Shown here in pieces: positions 28,532 through 36,639 of a stretch of DNA of 64,000 bases (positions within the stretch are counted from its first letter, which is position 1; every line of letters starts with the position of its first letter). Source of the stretch: Nannocystis bainbridge. Its GTDB lineage: Bacteria > Myxococcota_A > Polyangia > Nannocystales > Nannocystaceae. Both the position numbers and the translations under genes were made by a program. The DNA lies in NCBI RefSeq assembly GCF_028368995.1, contig NZ_JAQNDL010000005.1, positions 480,001 through 544,000 on the forward strand. The letters are read 5' to 3'. The notes below the pieces were generated by a model. The model made no database searches and was not told the origin of the DNA. It was given only the letters and a program-made list of their open reading frames with translations.

Positions 28532-28723
28532 ATGACCGTGCCCGCGCCACCCGACCCTCATGACCCGCTCGCGCCCCGAATCGACGATCCGGGGTTCTAT
28601 CGGCGAGGGTGGTGGCGCGGCGCGCCGCGTTCGGCCTTCCGCCGGCCGCTGCGGCTGACCGCGGCGATGCTGCTGCTCGCCGCGGTCGCGCTCGGAGTCG
28701 TAGTATTGCTGCGGTCGTTGTGA
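28532..28723 (+). CDS. Small membrane protein
   Basis: GAGG RBS; single C-terminal hydrophobic helix. Confidence 0.5.
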   Translation: MTVPAPPDPHDPLAPRIDDPGFYRRGWWRGAPRSAFRRPLRLTAAMLLLAAVALGVVVLLRSL

Positions 28724-28795
28724 TTCGTCGGGCGCCGCGGGCGCTGTTCATAATTGCGCGTGCGGGTGTCACCGAACGGTGACATTCCAGTGCGC

Positions 28796-29686
28796 ATGAC
28801 TCGAGACGATTCCGTCACCGCCGTGGGCCCAATGCCCACACCCACGCGCACCGGCGTCTGTTGGGGCTCGATCTTCGCGGGCACCATGATCGCCGTCGGC
28901 GCGTGGCTCCTCCTCCACCTGCTCGGAATGGGGATCGGCCTCACGGCCATCCATCCCCATCATCCGGGCTCGCTGCGCAGCTTCAGCATCGGCGCGGGGG
29001 TCTGGACGCTCGTCGCCCCGATCCTCGCGCTGTTCGTCGGCGGCCTCGTCGTGGGCAAATTGTCGGGTCCGAGCGACCGCCTCGGCGGCCTCGTTCACGG
29101 CGCCGTGGTGTGGGCGCTCGCCACGGTGGCCTCGATCACCCTGCTCTCGATGGCGCTCACCGCGGTCCTCGGCGGCGCCGTCTCGGCGGGCGCCAGCGTG
29201 GCCACGGCGGCCACCGGCGGCGCCGTCGCGGCCCTCGGTGGGGCCGTCGAGGTCGCCCCGGAGTCGCTGGGCCTGTCGACCGACGACCTGCTGGCGCCGA
29301 TCAATCGCCGCCTGCAGAGCGAGGGCAAGCCGGCGATCACCGGCGAACAAATCATGGCAGCCGCGAAGAAGGCCCTGCGCACTTCGGTGCGCGAGGGCCG
29401 GATCGACCGTCAATCGGCCGTGAACGCCCTGGCCGAGGACACCGCGCTGTCGCCGGCCGAGGCGGCCGACCTCGCCGGGCAGATCGAGCGCGGCTACGAC
29501 GCCCGCGTGCACGAGCTCGCCGAGACGGCCCGGACCCACGCGCTCGAGGCCGCCGAGGGGGCCGGCAAGGCGCTGCTGGGCCTGTCGCTGGCGATGCTGC
29601 TCGGCCTCGCCGCGGCCGTCAGCGGCGCGCTGGTCGGCGTCCACCGCCCGCAGTCCGGCCGGCGCATGCACACGCGGGACGACTGA
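28796..29686 (+). CDS. Multi-pass membrane protein (YrzE/TIGR04086-like)
   Basis: 'WGSIFAG', 'LG.GIGL', 'GLVHGAVVWAL'; 4-5 transmembrane segments. Confidence 0.75.
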   Translation: MTRDDSVTAVGPMPTPTRTGVCWGSIFAGTMIAVGAWLLLHLLGMGIGLTAIHPHHPGSLRSFSIGAGVWTLVAPILALFVGGLVVGKLSGPSDRLGGLVHGAVVWALATVASITLLSMALTAVLGGAVSAGASVATAATGGAVAALGGAVEVAPESLGLSTDDLLAPINRRLQSEGKPAITGEQIMAAAKKALRTSVREGRIDRQSAVNALAEDTALSPAEAADLAGQIERGYDARVHELAETARTHALEAAEGAGKALLGLSLAMLLGLAAAVSGALVGVHRPQSGRRMHTRDD

Positions 29687-29711
29687 CGGCGATCGCGGCG
29701 TGAACCAACGC

Positions 29712-29747
29712 GAAAATCACCGATCGGTCGCCCGATCGGTGATTTTC
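29712..29747. terminator. Perfect 16-bp inverted repeat, likely bidirectional terminator
   Basis: gaaaatcaccgatcgg-tcgc-ccgatcggtgattttc lies between convergent genes ending at 29686 and 29778. Confidence 0.75.
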
Positions 29748-29777
29748 ATGGTGATTGGTACGAGTCGCTAGCGCCCC

Positions 29778-30038
29778 TCACGGAGGGGTCGGTGCCGGCG
29801 GCGGCGTCGGGCTCGGCGACGGATTGGGGCCCTTCGGCTTGGGCGGCTTCGGCTCCGGGGTCGGCTGCGGCTTGGGCTCCGGGGCCGGCGGGGCCGTCGG
29901 CTCGTCGGGCGTCGGCTGGGCGATCTTCTCGGTGGTCTTGCCCTTGTCTCCGGCCGCCGAGGCCTGCGCGGTGGCGACGGTCGTCGTCATCATGGCGATC
30001 CCGAGCAGCGAAGCGAAGATGCGAGTTCGGTGGTGCAT
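29778..30038 (-). CDS. Small secreted Pro-rich protein
   Basis: Signal peptide ending 'AQA'; PEPKP repeats; AAAGGG RBS. Confidence 0.65.
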   Translation of the reverse strand: MHHRTRIFASLLGIAMMTTTVATAQASAAGDKGKTTEKIAQPTPDEPTAPPAPEPKPQPTPEPKPPKPKGPNPSPSPTPPPAPTPP

Positions 30039-30186
30039 GAATGCCCTTTCTCGCCGACGAGCTTAACCGTGACCGGGCAGCGCGCAAACGCGGCGGACCC
30101 GTCTGGAGGGCGAGCCCCCGCCGATCGCGGGGGCTCTGTGCTCGACCTCGCAAGCGGCGGCGACGCCCGAGCGCTGCGGCGGATCG

Positions 30187-30909
30187 CTACGGCACGGCGC
30201 TGCGGCACACGTTGTCGAGGCACACCGCGACGATGCTGCCGTTGTCGGCGGTCGCCTCGCCGTCCTCGGCGTCGGTCTCCTCCGCCACGCAGTCGCAGAA
30301 CGGCTCGAACGTGCACGGCGCCGCCGCCTCGGCGTAGGCCCCCGCCGACGCCTCGCTGATGCCGTACGCGTCGACGGTGCCGCAGCAGTCGGTCATGTGG
30401 AACACGACGATGCAATCCTGATCGACCTCGCACGCGCGCTCGACCCCGGGCGCGTCGAGCGGCGGGTCCTCGCACACCTGGCCGCCGCCGGTCTCGAACC
30501 CGCTGGTGCTCGAGGTGCTGGACACGTCGGTGTCGCTCTCGGCCTCGCTGGTGCTCGAGCTGGAGGCGTCCGTATCGGGCCCAGTCGCGCTGGTCGTGCT
30601 CGAGCTGGAGGCGTCGGTGTCCGGCCCGGTCGCGCTCGAAGTGCTCGAGCTGGAGGCGTCGGTGTCCGGCCCGGTCGCGGTCGCGCTCGAGCTGCTCGAG
30701 GTCGACTCGGGGTCGGTCGCGCTCGAGGTGCTCGAGGTGCTCGAGGCGGATTCGTTCGAGGTCGCCGATTGACCCGAGGTGCTCGAGGTGCTGTCGTCCT
30801 CGCCGTCGGTCGCCGAGTCGTACGGCTCACCGAGCAATTTGGCGTTGAGGGTGCAACCGCCGAGAGTCGTCGCCAGCAGGGGAAGGATAGTCAGAATCTT
30901 CAATGTCAT
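30187..30909 (-). CDS. Lipoprotein with Ser/Thr repeat linker and Cys-rich C-terminal domain
   Basis: GAGG RBS, lipobox 'LGGC', three 'SSSST.SATGPDTDA'-type repeats, C-terminal CC/CxC cluster. Confidence 0.8.
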   Translation of the reverse strand: MTLKILTILPLLATTLGGCTLNAKLLGEPYDSATDGEDDSTSSTSGQSATSNESASSTSSTSSATDPESTSSSSSATATGPDTDASSSSTSSATGPDTDASSSSTTSATGPDTDASSSSTSEAESDTDVSSTSSTSGFETGGGQVCEDPPLDAPGVERACEVDQDCIVVFHMTDCCGTVDAYGISEASAGAYAEAAAPCTFEPFCDCVAEETDAEDGEATADNGSIVAVCLDNVCRSAVP

Positions 30910-30930
30910 GTCGTCCTCAGTGCCCGGTGA

Positions 30931-30959
30931 ATGTCCGGCCCCGCTGGTTTTCGTCGGCC
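30931..30959 (-). promoter_or_regulatory. Putative ECF-sigma promoter GGCCGACGA-N14-GGACAT upstream of the lipoprotein gene
   Basis: The same bipartite motif with identical spacing precedes the ECF sigma gene (32602-32630). Confidence 0.55.
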
Positions 30960-30973
30960 GCTCGCAGCGAATG

Positions 30974-30995
30974 GACATGTCCCTCCGGACATGTC
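30974..30995. repeat. GACATGTC-N6-GACATGTC element
   Basis: gacatgtc-cctccg-gacatgtc; one of about 8 copies in the window. Confidence 0.85.
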
Positions 30996-30997
30996 CT

Positions 30998-32023
30998 TCA
31001 GCGCACGCCGCAGGCCCGGCGCACCCGCTCGGCCGACAGCGAGCCGGGGTGCGCGCCGAGGAACGCCGTCGCCGCGGCCGCGCCATCCTCCCGCCCCGCC
31101 GCGCACAGGGCCACCGCCCGCAGGGCGGCCGCCTCCTCGCGCAGGGCCCCGCCGGGGAAGCGCTGCTGGTAGTCGGCGAGCCGCGTCAACGCCTGCTCGG
31201 GGCTGCCGCCGGCGAGCGCGTCGTTGACGGCCCGCACGAGCGCCAGCTCCTGCGCGAGGCCGTCGGCCCCGGCGACTTCGGCGGCACCACCATGGGGATC
31301 GCCCGTCGCGACGGATTCGTCGCGGCGTCGCCCGCTCGCGGCGCCGCTCTTCGGATTCGCGGGAGCGGGCGAGCCCTCCGCGGAGGCCCGGCCCGCCGCG
31401 CCGTCGCTCGCGGACCGACCGACGCTGCCCACATTCACGGCCGCCCCGGCGCGGCCCACATTACCGATGCTGCCCACATTGACCACCGTGCCGGCGCTGT
31501 CCGCATTTCCGGCGTTGCCCACATCGCCCGCCGCAACGGCGCTGCCCACATTTCGCGCGACGCCGGCGCTTTCCGCATCCGCCGTGCCGGCGCTACCCAC
31601 ATTCCCTGCAACGCCCGCGCCGCCCGCATTCGCATCGGCCGCGCCGCCGTCGCTGTCCTCCGCGCCCGCGCCCCGCAGCGGCGCCCGGCCGCCTGCGCGC
31701 CGCGTCGTCACCGACTCGCTCGTCGTCGCCTCGGCGCCCTGCAGCGCGGCCGCCGAGCGAGCCGCCTCGGCCTCGGCGTCGAGCCGGCGCGGCGCCACCT
31801 GGATGGCCAGCGCCACCGCGGCGGCCACCAGCCCGACGATCGCCACGCCGACCCATTGCGGCGAGACCCGCCGCCGCAGCGGCAGCACCTGCGCCTCCGG
31901 GGCCCCGGCGGCGCTGCGGCGCACCGACGCCAGCAGGCGCTCGGTCGCGGCGGACGACGGCCCGGCGTCGCGGCGATAAGCGGTCAACAGGGCGCGAGCG
32001 CGTGCATCGAGTTCGTCAACCAT
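30998..32023 (-). CDS. Putative membrane-anchored anti-sigma factor with TPR-like C-terminal helices
   Basis: Overlaps the ECF sigma stop. One TM segment ('WVGVAIVGLVAAAVALAI'); C-terminal 'LAQELALV..A..AL..G.P..AL..L..Y..RFP.G.LREE'. Confidence 0.75.
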   Translation of the reverse strand: MVDELDARARALLTAYRRDAGPSSAATERLLASVRRSAAGAPEAQVLPLRRRVSPQWVGVAIVGLVAAAVALAIQVAPRRLDAEAEAARSAAALQGAEATTSESVTTRRAGGRAPLRGAGAEDSDGGAADANAGGAGVAGNVGSAGTADAESAGVARNVGSAVAAGDVGNAGNADSAGTVVNVGSIGNVGRAGAAVNVGSVGRSASDGAAGRASAEGSPAPANPKSGAASGRRRDESVATGDPHGGAAEVAGADGLAQELALVRAVNDALAGGSPEQALTRLADYQQRFPGGALREEAAALRAVALCAAGREDGAAAATAFLGAHPGSLSAERVRRACGVR

Positions 32024-32603
32024 GGGAACCTCCGGCCGCGCCGCCGTGCAAAGCGGCGACGAACGCCGCGAACCGCGACCGCGCCGCCCGCAGGCGGGTG
32101 TACACGGTGTTGACATTGAGATCGAGCGCCGCGCTCACCTCGTGCGCGCGCAGCCCTTCGATCTCGAACAGCTCGAACACGACCCGCTGCTCCGGGGTCA
32201 ACGACGCCAGGAATTGCGCCACCGTCGCGGCGGCCTGCGAGCGCTCGAGCCACTCCGCCGGCCCCTCCGCGGGCCCGGGCTCGGGCACCTCGGCGTGCCG
32301 CCGCTGGCGCCGCTGATCGCCGCGCCGGCGGTTGCTGGCGATCCCGCGCGTGATGGCGTAGAGCCAGGTCGTGATCGCCGCGCTGCCGTCGAACTCCGGC
32401 AGGCGCCGCAGGACCACCAAAAACACCTCGTGCGCGGCGTCCTCGATCTCCGGCTCGGGCACCCCCAGCCGCCGCAGGTTGCGCCACACGAAGCCGACGT
32501 GCTCGCGGTAGACCGCCTCGAACTCGCGATCGGCCGCGGACGCCTGGGCGGAGTCGACGAGCGGGCCTGACAGGGCGGCGGCGATCATGCGCGCCGCGTT
32601 CAT
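32016..32603 (-). CDS. ECF-type RNA polymerase sigma-70 factor (start 32603 or 32588)
   Basis: Region 2 'VYREHVGFVWRNLRRLGV..IEDAAHEVF..TTWLYAI'; region 4 'QRVVFELFEIEGL..EVS..L..NVNTVYTRLRAAR'. Confidence 0.95.
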   Translation of the reverse strand: MNAARMIAAALSGPLVDSAQASAADREFEAVYREHVGFVWRNLRRLGVPEPEIEDAAHEVFLVVLRRLPEFDGSAAITTWLYAITRGIASNRRRGDQRRQRRHAEVPEPGPAEGPAEWLERSQAAATVAQFLASLTPEQRVVFELFEIEGLRAHEVSAALDLNVNTVYTRLRAARSRFAAFVAALHGGAAGGSHG

Positions 32604-32630
32604 GTCCGGGCCCGGCGAGAATCGTTGGCC
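32602..32630 (-). promoter_or_regulatory. Putative autoregulatory ECF promoter GGCCAACGA-N14-GGACAT
   Basis: Matches 30931-30959 at 14 of 15 motif positions with the same 14-bp spacer. Confidence 0.55.
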
Positions 32631-32637
32631 CCCCCGC

Positions 32638-33948
32638 TCACGGCAGCCGGACCTCGACGCCGGCGGTCGCGGTGGCCCCGACGGCGGCGCTGCAGCACAC
32701 GTCGCCGCGCCCGGCGACCTGGAACCGCGGGCGCGTCAGCAGCACCAGCAGGTCGGCGCCGAAGGTCAGCGCGACCCGCGGCGCCACCCGCACGTGCAGG
32801 CCCGGGCCGGCGGTCGCGGCCGCCCACACCGAAGTGGCGCGATAGGAGGTGGCGAGGTCGCCGATGCCCTGGCCACGCAGCGCCCCGACCTCGACGCCGG
32901 CGCACAGCGGGGCCTCCACGCGGCCCTTGCCGACGATCCCGCAGCCGCGCAGGCCGGTCGCCGCCAGCCACATGCGCCCGCCGACGCGCTCGTCCTCGGC
33001 CGCCGGCAGGTCCCGCGGCAGCCAGAAGCTCTGCGTCACCGCGACCGACCAGCGCCGGCCGCGGAGTCCGACCGCGGCCCGCAGCAGCGCCGAGACCCCC
33101 GGCAGCGCCCCCGCGCCGATCCCCGCGCCGAGGCCCAGGGTGGCCCGGCGGGCGGCCTGCGGGCGAGCGGGCGGTTTCGCGCGCGGTTCGACGTCGGGCT
33201 GCGAGCCCGGCAACTCCGGCTCGAGCTCCCCGGGCGCCGGCGGCAGCGGCACGACCGCCGCGGGCTCCGCAGCCGGGCCGTCCACTGGTGACCCCGCGGG
33301 CCCAGCCGGTCCCGCCGGTACCGTCGGCCCTCCCGCTCCTCCGGGCCCCGCCGGCCCCGCCGGGCCAGGCCCCGTCGACCCCGGCCCTCCTGGCCCTCCA
33401 GGTCTTCCAGGACCAGCCGCTCCCGACCCAGCCGGTCCAGTCCCTCCCGACCCTCCCGGCCCTCCTGGCCCTCCAGGACCAGCCGCTCCCGGCCCTCCAG
33501 ACCCGCCTGGCCCAACGGGTCCAGGGCCTCCCGACCCTCCTGGCCCTCCCGACCCCGCCGGCCCTCCTGGAGCTTGCCCGGGCGGCGTCACGGCTCCGGT
33601 CTGCAGCTCCGGCGCCGCCGCGATGGCCGTCAGCAGCGCCGCAGCCTCGGCCAGCGCCTCGCAGCGGTCGGCCTCGAGGGTCCGGCGGCCGTGACCCTCG
33701 CGGCTGGTGATGGACGCCTCGAGCCGCCAGCGCCCGCCTGGCAGCGGCGCCACCCACAGCTCGACCCGCGGCGGCGCGTCGGTCCGCGCCGGCGCGCGTG
33801 CCAGCAGCCCGGCGATCTGCGCCCGCACGGCCGCCTCGCTCGGACACCCCGGCGGCGCCGACCAGCGGACCTCCGGCATCGCCGGGCCCGGTCCGGGCGA
33901 GGGCGCCGGCGCGAGGACCAGCGCGGCGCACGTGATGAGCGCGAGCAT
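32638..33948 (-). CDS. Secreted/outer-membrane protein of the ECF module with a Gly-Pro repeat linker and C-terminal beta-barrel-like region
   Basis: Signal peptide; 'WSAPPGCP', 'RTLEADRCEALAEAAAL'; GPGGSGG repeats; alternating hydrophobic beta strands ending 'GVEVRLP'. Confidence 0.7.
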   Translation of the reverse strand: MLALITCAALVLAPAPSPGPGPAMPEVRWSAPPGCPSEAAVRAQIAGLLARAPARTDAPPRVELWVAPLPGGRWRLEASITSREGHGRRTLEADRCEALAEAAALLTAIAAAPELQTGAVTPPGQAPGGPAGSGGPGGSGGPGPVGPGGSGGPGAAGPGGPGGPGGSGGTGPAGSGAAGPGRPGGPGGPGSTGPGPAGPAGPGGAGGPTVPAGPAGPAGSPVDGPAAEPAAVVPLPPAPGELEPELPGSQPDVEPRAKPPARPQAARRATLGLGAGIGAGALPGVSALLRAAVGLRGRRWSVAVTQSFWLPRDLPAAEDERVGGRMWLAATGLRGCGIVGKGRVEAPLCAGVEVGALRGQGIGDLATSYRATSVWAAATAGPGLHVRVAPRVALTFGADLLVLLTRPRFQVAGRGDVCCSAAVGATATAGVEVRLP

Positions 33949-34331
33949 CGGCGGCGCAGCCTAGCCGGCCTCGGTCGCGAACCCAACCCCGAAGCGCACG
34001 CGACAATTCGCGCGGGCCCTGCCGCCATTGCAGTCCCCGCCTCACGCACCCGGACGATTCACGCACCCGCCGCGGGCCGACCCTCCTCATTGTCGATACC
34101 CCCGATTCTTCACCATCACGGGTATCGCCCCCGCGTCGCTGCGATTCACGGCACTCGCGCTTGCGAATCACGCCGCGCCCCCTGACCCCCTCACCGAACC
34201 TCACCGAATCCACGCACTGCTCGCGGCCCGAGCGACGCGAAAGCCCGCAGCGAAGGATTACGCAGCAGGTCGCAGCCTCGCGCGAGATCCGGGTTGCAAC
34301 GCCCCCGCGACCTCGCCGATGCTCGCGCCCC

Positions 34332-35243
34332 ATGCGCCCGCTCTTCGCCCGCTCCTCGCTCCTCGCTCTCCTGCCCCGCCGCGCTCCGCTCGCGTTGTCG
34401 GCCCTCCTGGCCTGCGGCGGCGCCGGCCAGGCCGCCAGCGACAGCGACACCGACGCCACCACCCAGCCCACCGGCGACACCGACGCCACCACCCAGGGCG
34501 AGGCCGTGTGCGGCGACGGCGAGGTCGCGGGCGCCGAGGTCTGTGACGACGGCGCGGACAACGGCGTCGGCGGCGGGTGCAAGGCCGACTGCAGCGGCCT
34601 CCACGTCGCCACCGTCGAGGGTGACGCGATCCCGTTCGACGCCAGCCCCGACGGTCGCATCGAGGGCGCCGAGGTCGGCATCCTCGAGTTCCCCGACCTC
34701 CGCGTCGTGACCGCGGCCGACGGCCACTTCAAGTTCGAGGGCCTGCCGGTCGGCGCCGACATCACGCTGACGATGCAGCACCCCGACTATCACCCGATCC
34801 AGACCGGCACCCACGTGGTCCCCGCCGAGGGCCTGCAGCGGATCACCTTCCAGGCCGTCACCCACGCCATCTACGACGCCCTCGGCGCCATCGTCATGGT
34901 CACCCCCGACGAGGCCAACCTGTGCCAGATGGTCACCACCGTCACCCGCGTCGGCAAGTCGATCTACGACCCCGGCGCCCACGGCGAGGCCGACGTGATC
35001 GTCACCCTCGACCCGCCGCTGCCCGCCGAGAGCGGCCCGATCTACTTCAACTCGAGCGTAATCCCCGAGCCCGGCCTGACCCAGACCAGCGACGACGGCG
35101 GCGTGCTGTTCGTCCAGGTCCCGCCCGGCGATTACACGTGGACCGCCAGCAAGGCCGGCGCCGAGTTCCGCCAGGTGCGCATGAAGTGCCGCGCCGGCTG
35201 GCTGATCAACGCCGCCCCGCCGTGGGGCCTGCAGCGCCTGTGA
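34332..35243 (+). CDS. Lipoprotein with a myxobacterial Cys-rich repeat and a carboxypeptidase-regulatory-like domain
   Basis: Lipobox 'LLAC', 'CGDGEVAGAEVCDDG', 'T.ADGHFKFEGLP'. Confidence 0.75.
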   Translation: MRPLFARSSLLALLPRRAPLALSALLACGGAGQAASDSDTDATTQPTGDTDATTQGEAVCGDGEVAGAEVCDDGADNGVGGGCKADCSGLHVATVEGDAIPFDASPDGRIEGAEVGILEFPDLRVVTAADGHFKFEGLPVGADITLTMQHPDYHPIQTGTHVVPAEGLQRITFQAVTHAIYDALGAIVMVTPDEANLCQMVTTVTRVGKSIYDPGAHGEADVIVTLDPPLPAESGPIYFNSSVIPEPGLTQTSDDGGVLFVQVPPGDYTWTASKAGAEFRQVRMKCRAGWLINAAPPWGLQRL

Positions 35244-35249
35244 GCCGCG

Positions 35250-35299
35250 GTGATGCTCTAAAGGACATGTCCCGCCAGACATGTCCCACAGAACATCCC
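35250..35299. repeat. GACATGTC 14-bp-period element (2 perfect and 2 degenerate units)
   Basis: gtgatgct-ctaaag-gacatgtc-ccgcca-gacatgtc-ccacag-aacatccc, between convergent genes. Confidence 0.85.
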
Positions 35300-35301
35300 G
35301 A

Positions 35302-36357
35302 TCACGGCGCCGTGCAGCGACCGAGGTGATCCTTGCCCGGCACCTCGCCCGGGGCGAACAGCGCCACGCACTCGAACCCCTGGCCGGGGCAGGTGTTCGG
35401 CGCGTTCACGTCGCAGAACGGGACGCAACAGCCGGTCGAGGCCAGGTCGCAGCCCGGCACCATCTCGCTCTCGACGCAGCCGAGCCCCGGCTTGCAGACG
35501 TTGGCGAACTCGCACGGGTCGAACGCGAAGCCGCTCTCCTCGCTCATGTCGACGGCGCACACGAACTGGGCCGGCATGGGCGACAGGAACACGCAGAGGT
35601 CGTCCCCGGGGCAGCTGTCGGGGTCCAGCGGATCGCAGTCCGGGAGGCACGTGATCAGGTGGTCGCCCCCCAGGTGACACGTGCTGCTCGGCGGGCAGAT
35701 CGGGTCGCGCACGCTGCCGGTGCACATGGCGATGCAGGTGCCGAACAGGCTCACCGGGTCGACGAACCAGCACATCTCGTGCGGCCCGCAGCTGTCCTGC
35801 CCGCTCATCGGCGCGCCGAACACCATGCACTCGTCGCCGACGCCGTCCGGCATGGGCACCAGGTCGACGCAGACGCTGTGGTCCCACCAGATCCCGTCGC
35901 TCGAGGCCGAGGCGCACTTCTTGCCCGGGGGACAATCATTGGTCCACAGGTCGCACTCCGAGGCCGGAGGGCCCGCGTCCAGCACGGGCCCCGAGGTCAT
36001 GCTCGTGACGTCGGCGGTCGTCTGGCCCAGGCTGTCGGTCTCGCCCGGCCCGGTCGTCGAGGTCGTGCCGTCCGGGCCGGTGGTGCCCGGCTCGGGCAGC
36101 GCCGTGGTCCCTGGCATCACCGTGGTCTCCGGCATCACCGTGGTCTCCGGCGTCCCGGTGGTCCCGCCCGGGGGCGGCCCCGAACTCGCGCTGGTGCCGG
36201 GCACGCCGCTGCCCCCCGAGCTGACATCCGCCCCGCTCGAGCCGGTGGACCCCGTGGCGCTCACCGCCGATGGTTCGTCGAGCGATCGCACGGTGCACCC
36301 GGCGAGCAACAGCGCGAGGACGGGGCCGGCCGAGATCGAGGATGTCCGGAGCGACAT
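35302..36357 (-). CDS. Cys-rich lipoprotein (Nannocystis/Plesiocystis-type family) with T/G linker
   Basis: Lipobox 'LAGC'; 'CDLWTNDCPPGKKC', 'CDPLDPDSCP', 'CEFANVCKPGLGC', 'GCCVPFCD'. Confidence 0.85.
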   Translation of the reverse strand: MSLRTSSISAGPVLALLLAGCTVRSLDEPSAVSATGSTGSSGADVSSGGSGVPGTSASSGPPPGGTTGTPETTVMPETTVMPGTTALPEPGTTGPDGTTSTTGPGETDSLGQTTADVTSMTSGPVLDAGPPASECDLWTNDCPPGKKCASASSDGIWWDHSVCVDLVPMPDGVGDECMVFGAPMSGQDSCGPHEMCWFVDPVSLFGTCIAMCTGSVRDPICPPSSTCHLGGDHLITCLPDCDPLDPDSCPGDDLCVFLSPMPAQFVCAVDMSEESGFAFDPCEFANVCKPGLGCVESEMVPGCDLASTGCCVPFCDVNAPNTCPGQGFECVALFAPGEVPGKDHLGRCTAP

Positions 36358-36639
36358 GTCTTTTAAAACCTGTTCTTTGGGATAGCCGCCGACCCACCTC
36401 GTGGCGGACCGCGGCCGTGATGTCGCGGCGGCACGATGGCACCCACGACCCGGGACAGCTTGACAGATGCCCTCGACGGCGCAAAGCCGCGGACATCCCC
36501 CCTGCGCGACTTCGTTCGCGCCGCTGCTCGCGCGAATCCACCGATCGCACCCGCCAGAAACATCGTGCGCCGGCGATCGAGCCGCATCGTCGTGCCCCGT
36601 TGCCGCTCCGCCGGCCCGCGAGCCCCGGCGCGCGCGCGC

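Noticed and set aside
30973-30996. GGACATGTCC matches the eukaryotic p53 half-site consensus
   Set aside because: Bacterial context; treated as coincidence. The element itself is reported as a finding.
34149-34164. Possible sigma-54 promoter (cggcac...ttgc)
   Set aside because: GG-to-GC spacing is 11 bp rather than the required 10.
35302-36357. 'Ribulose-phosphate epimerase' label I recall being attached to this lipoprotein family
   Set aside because: The sequence is a Cys-rich lipoprotein with no TIM-barrel epimerase motifs.
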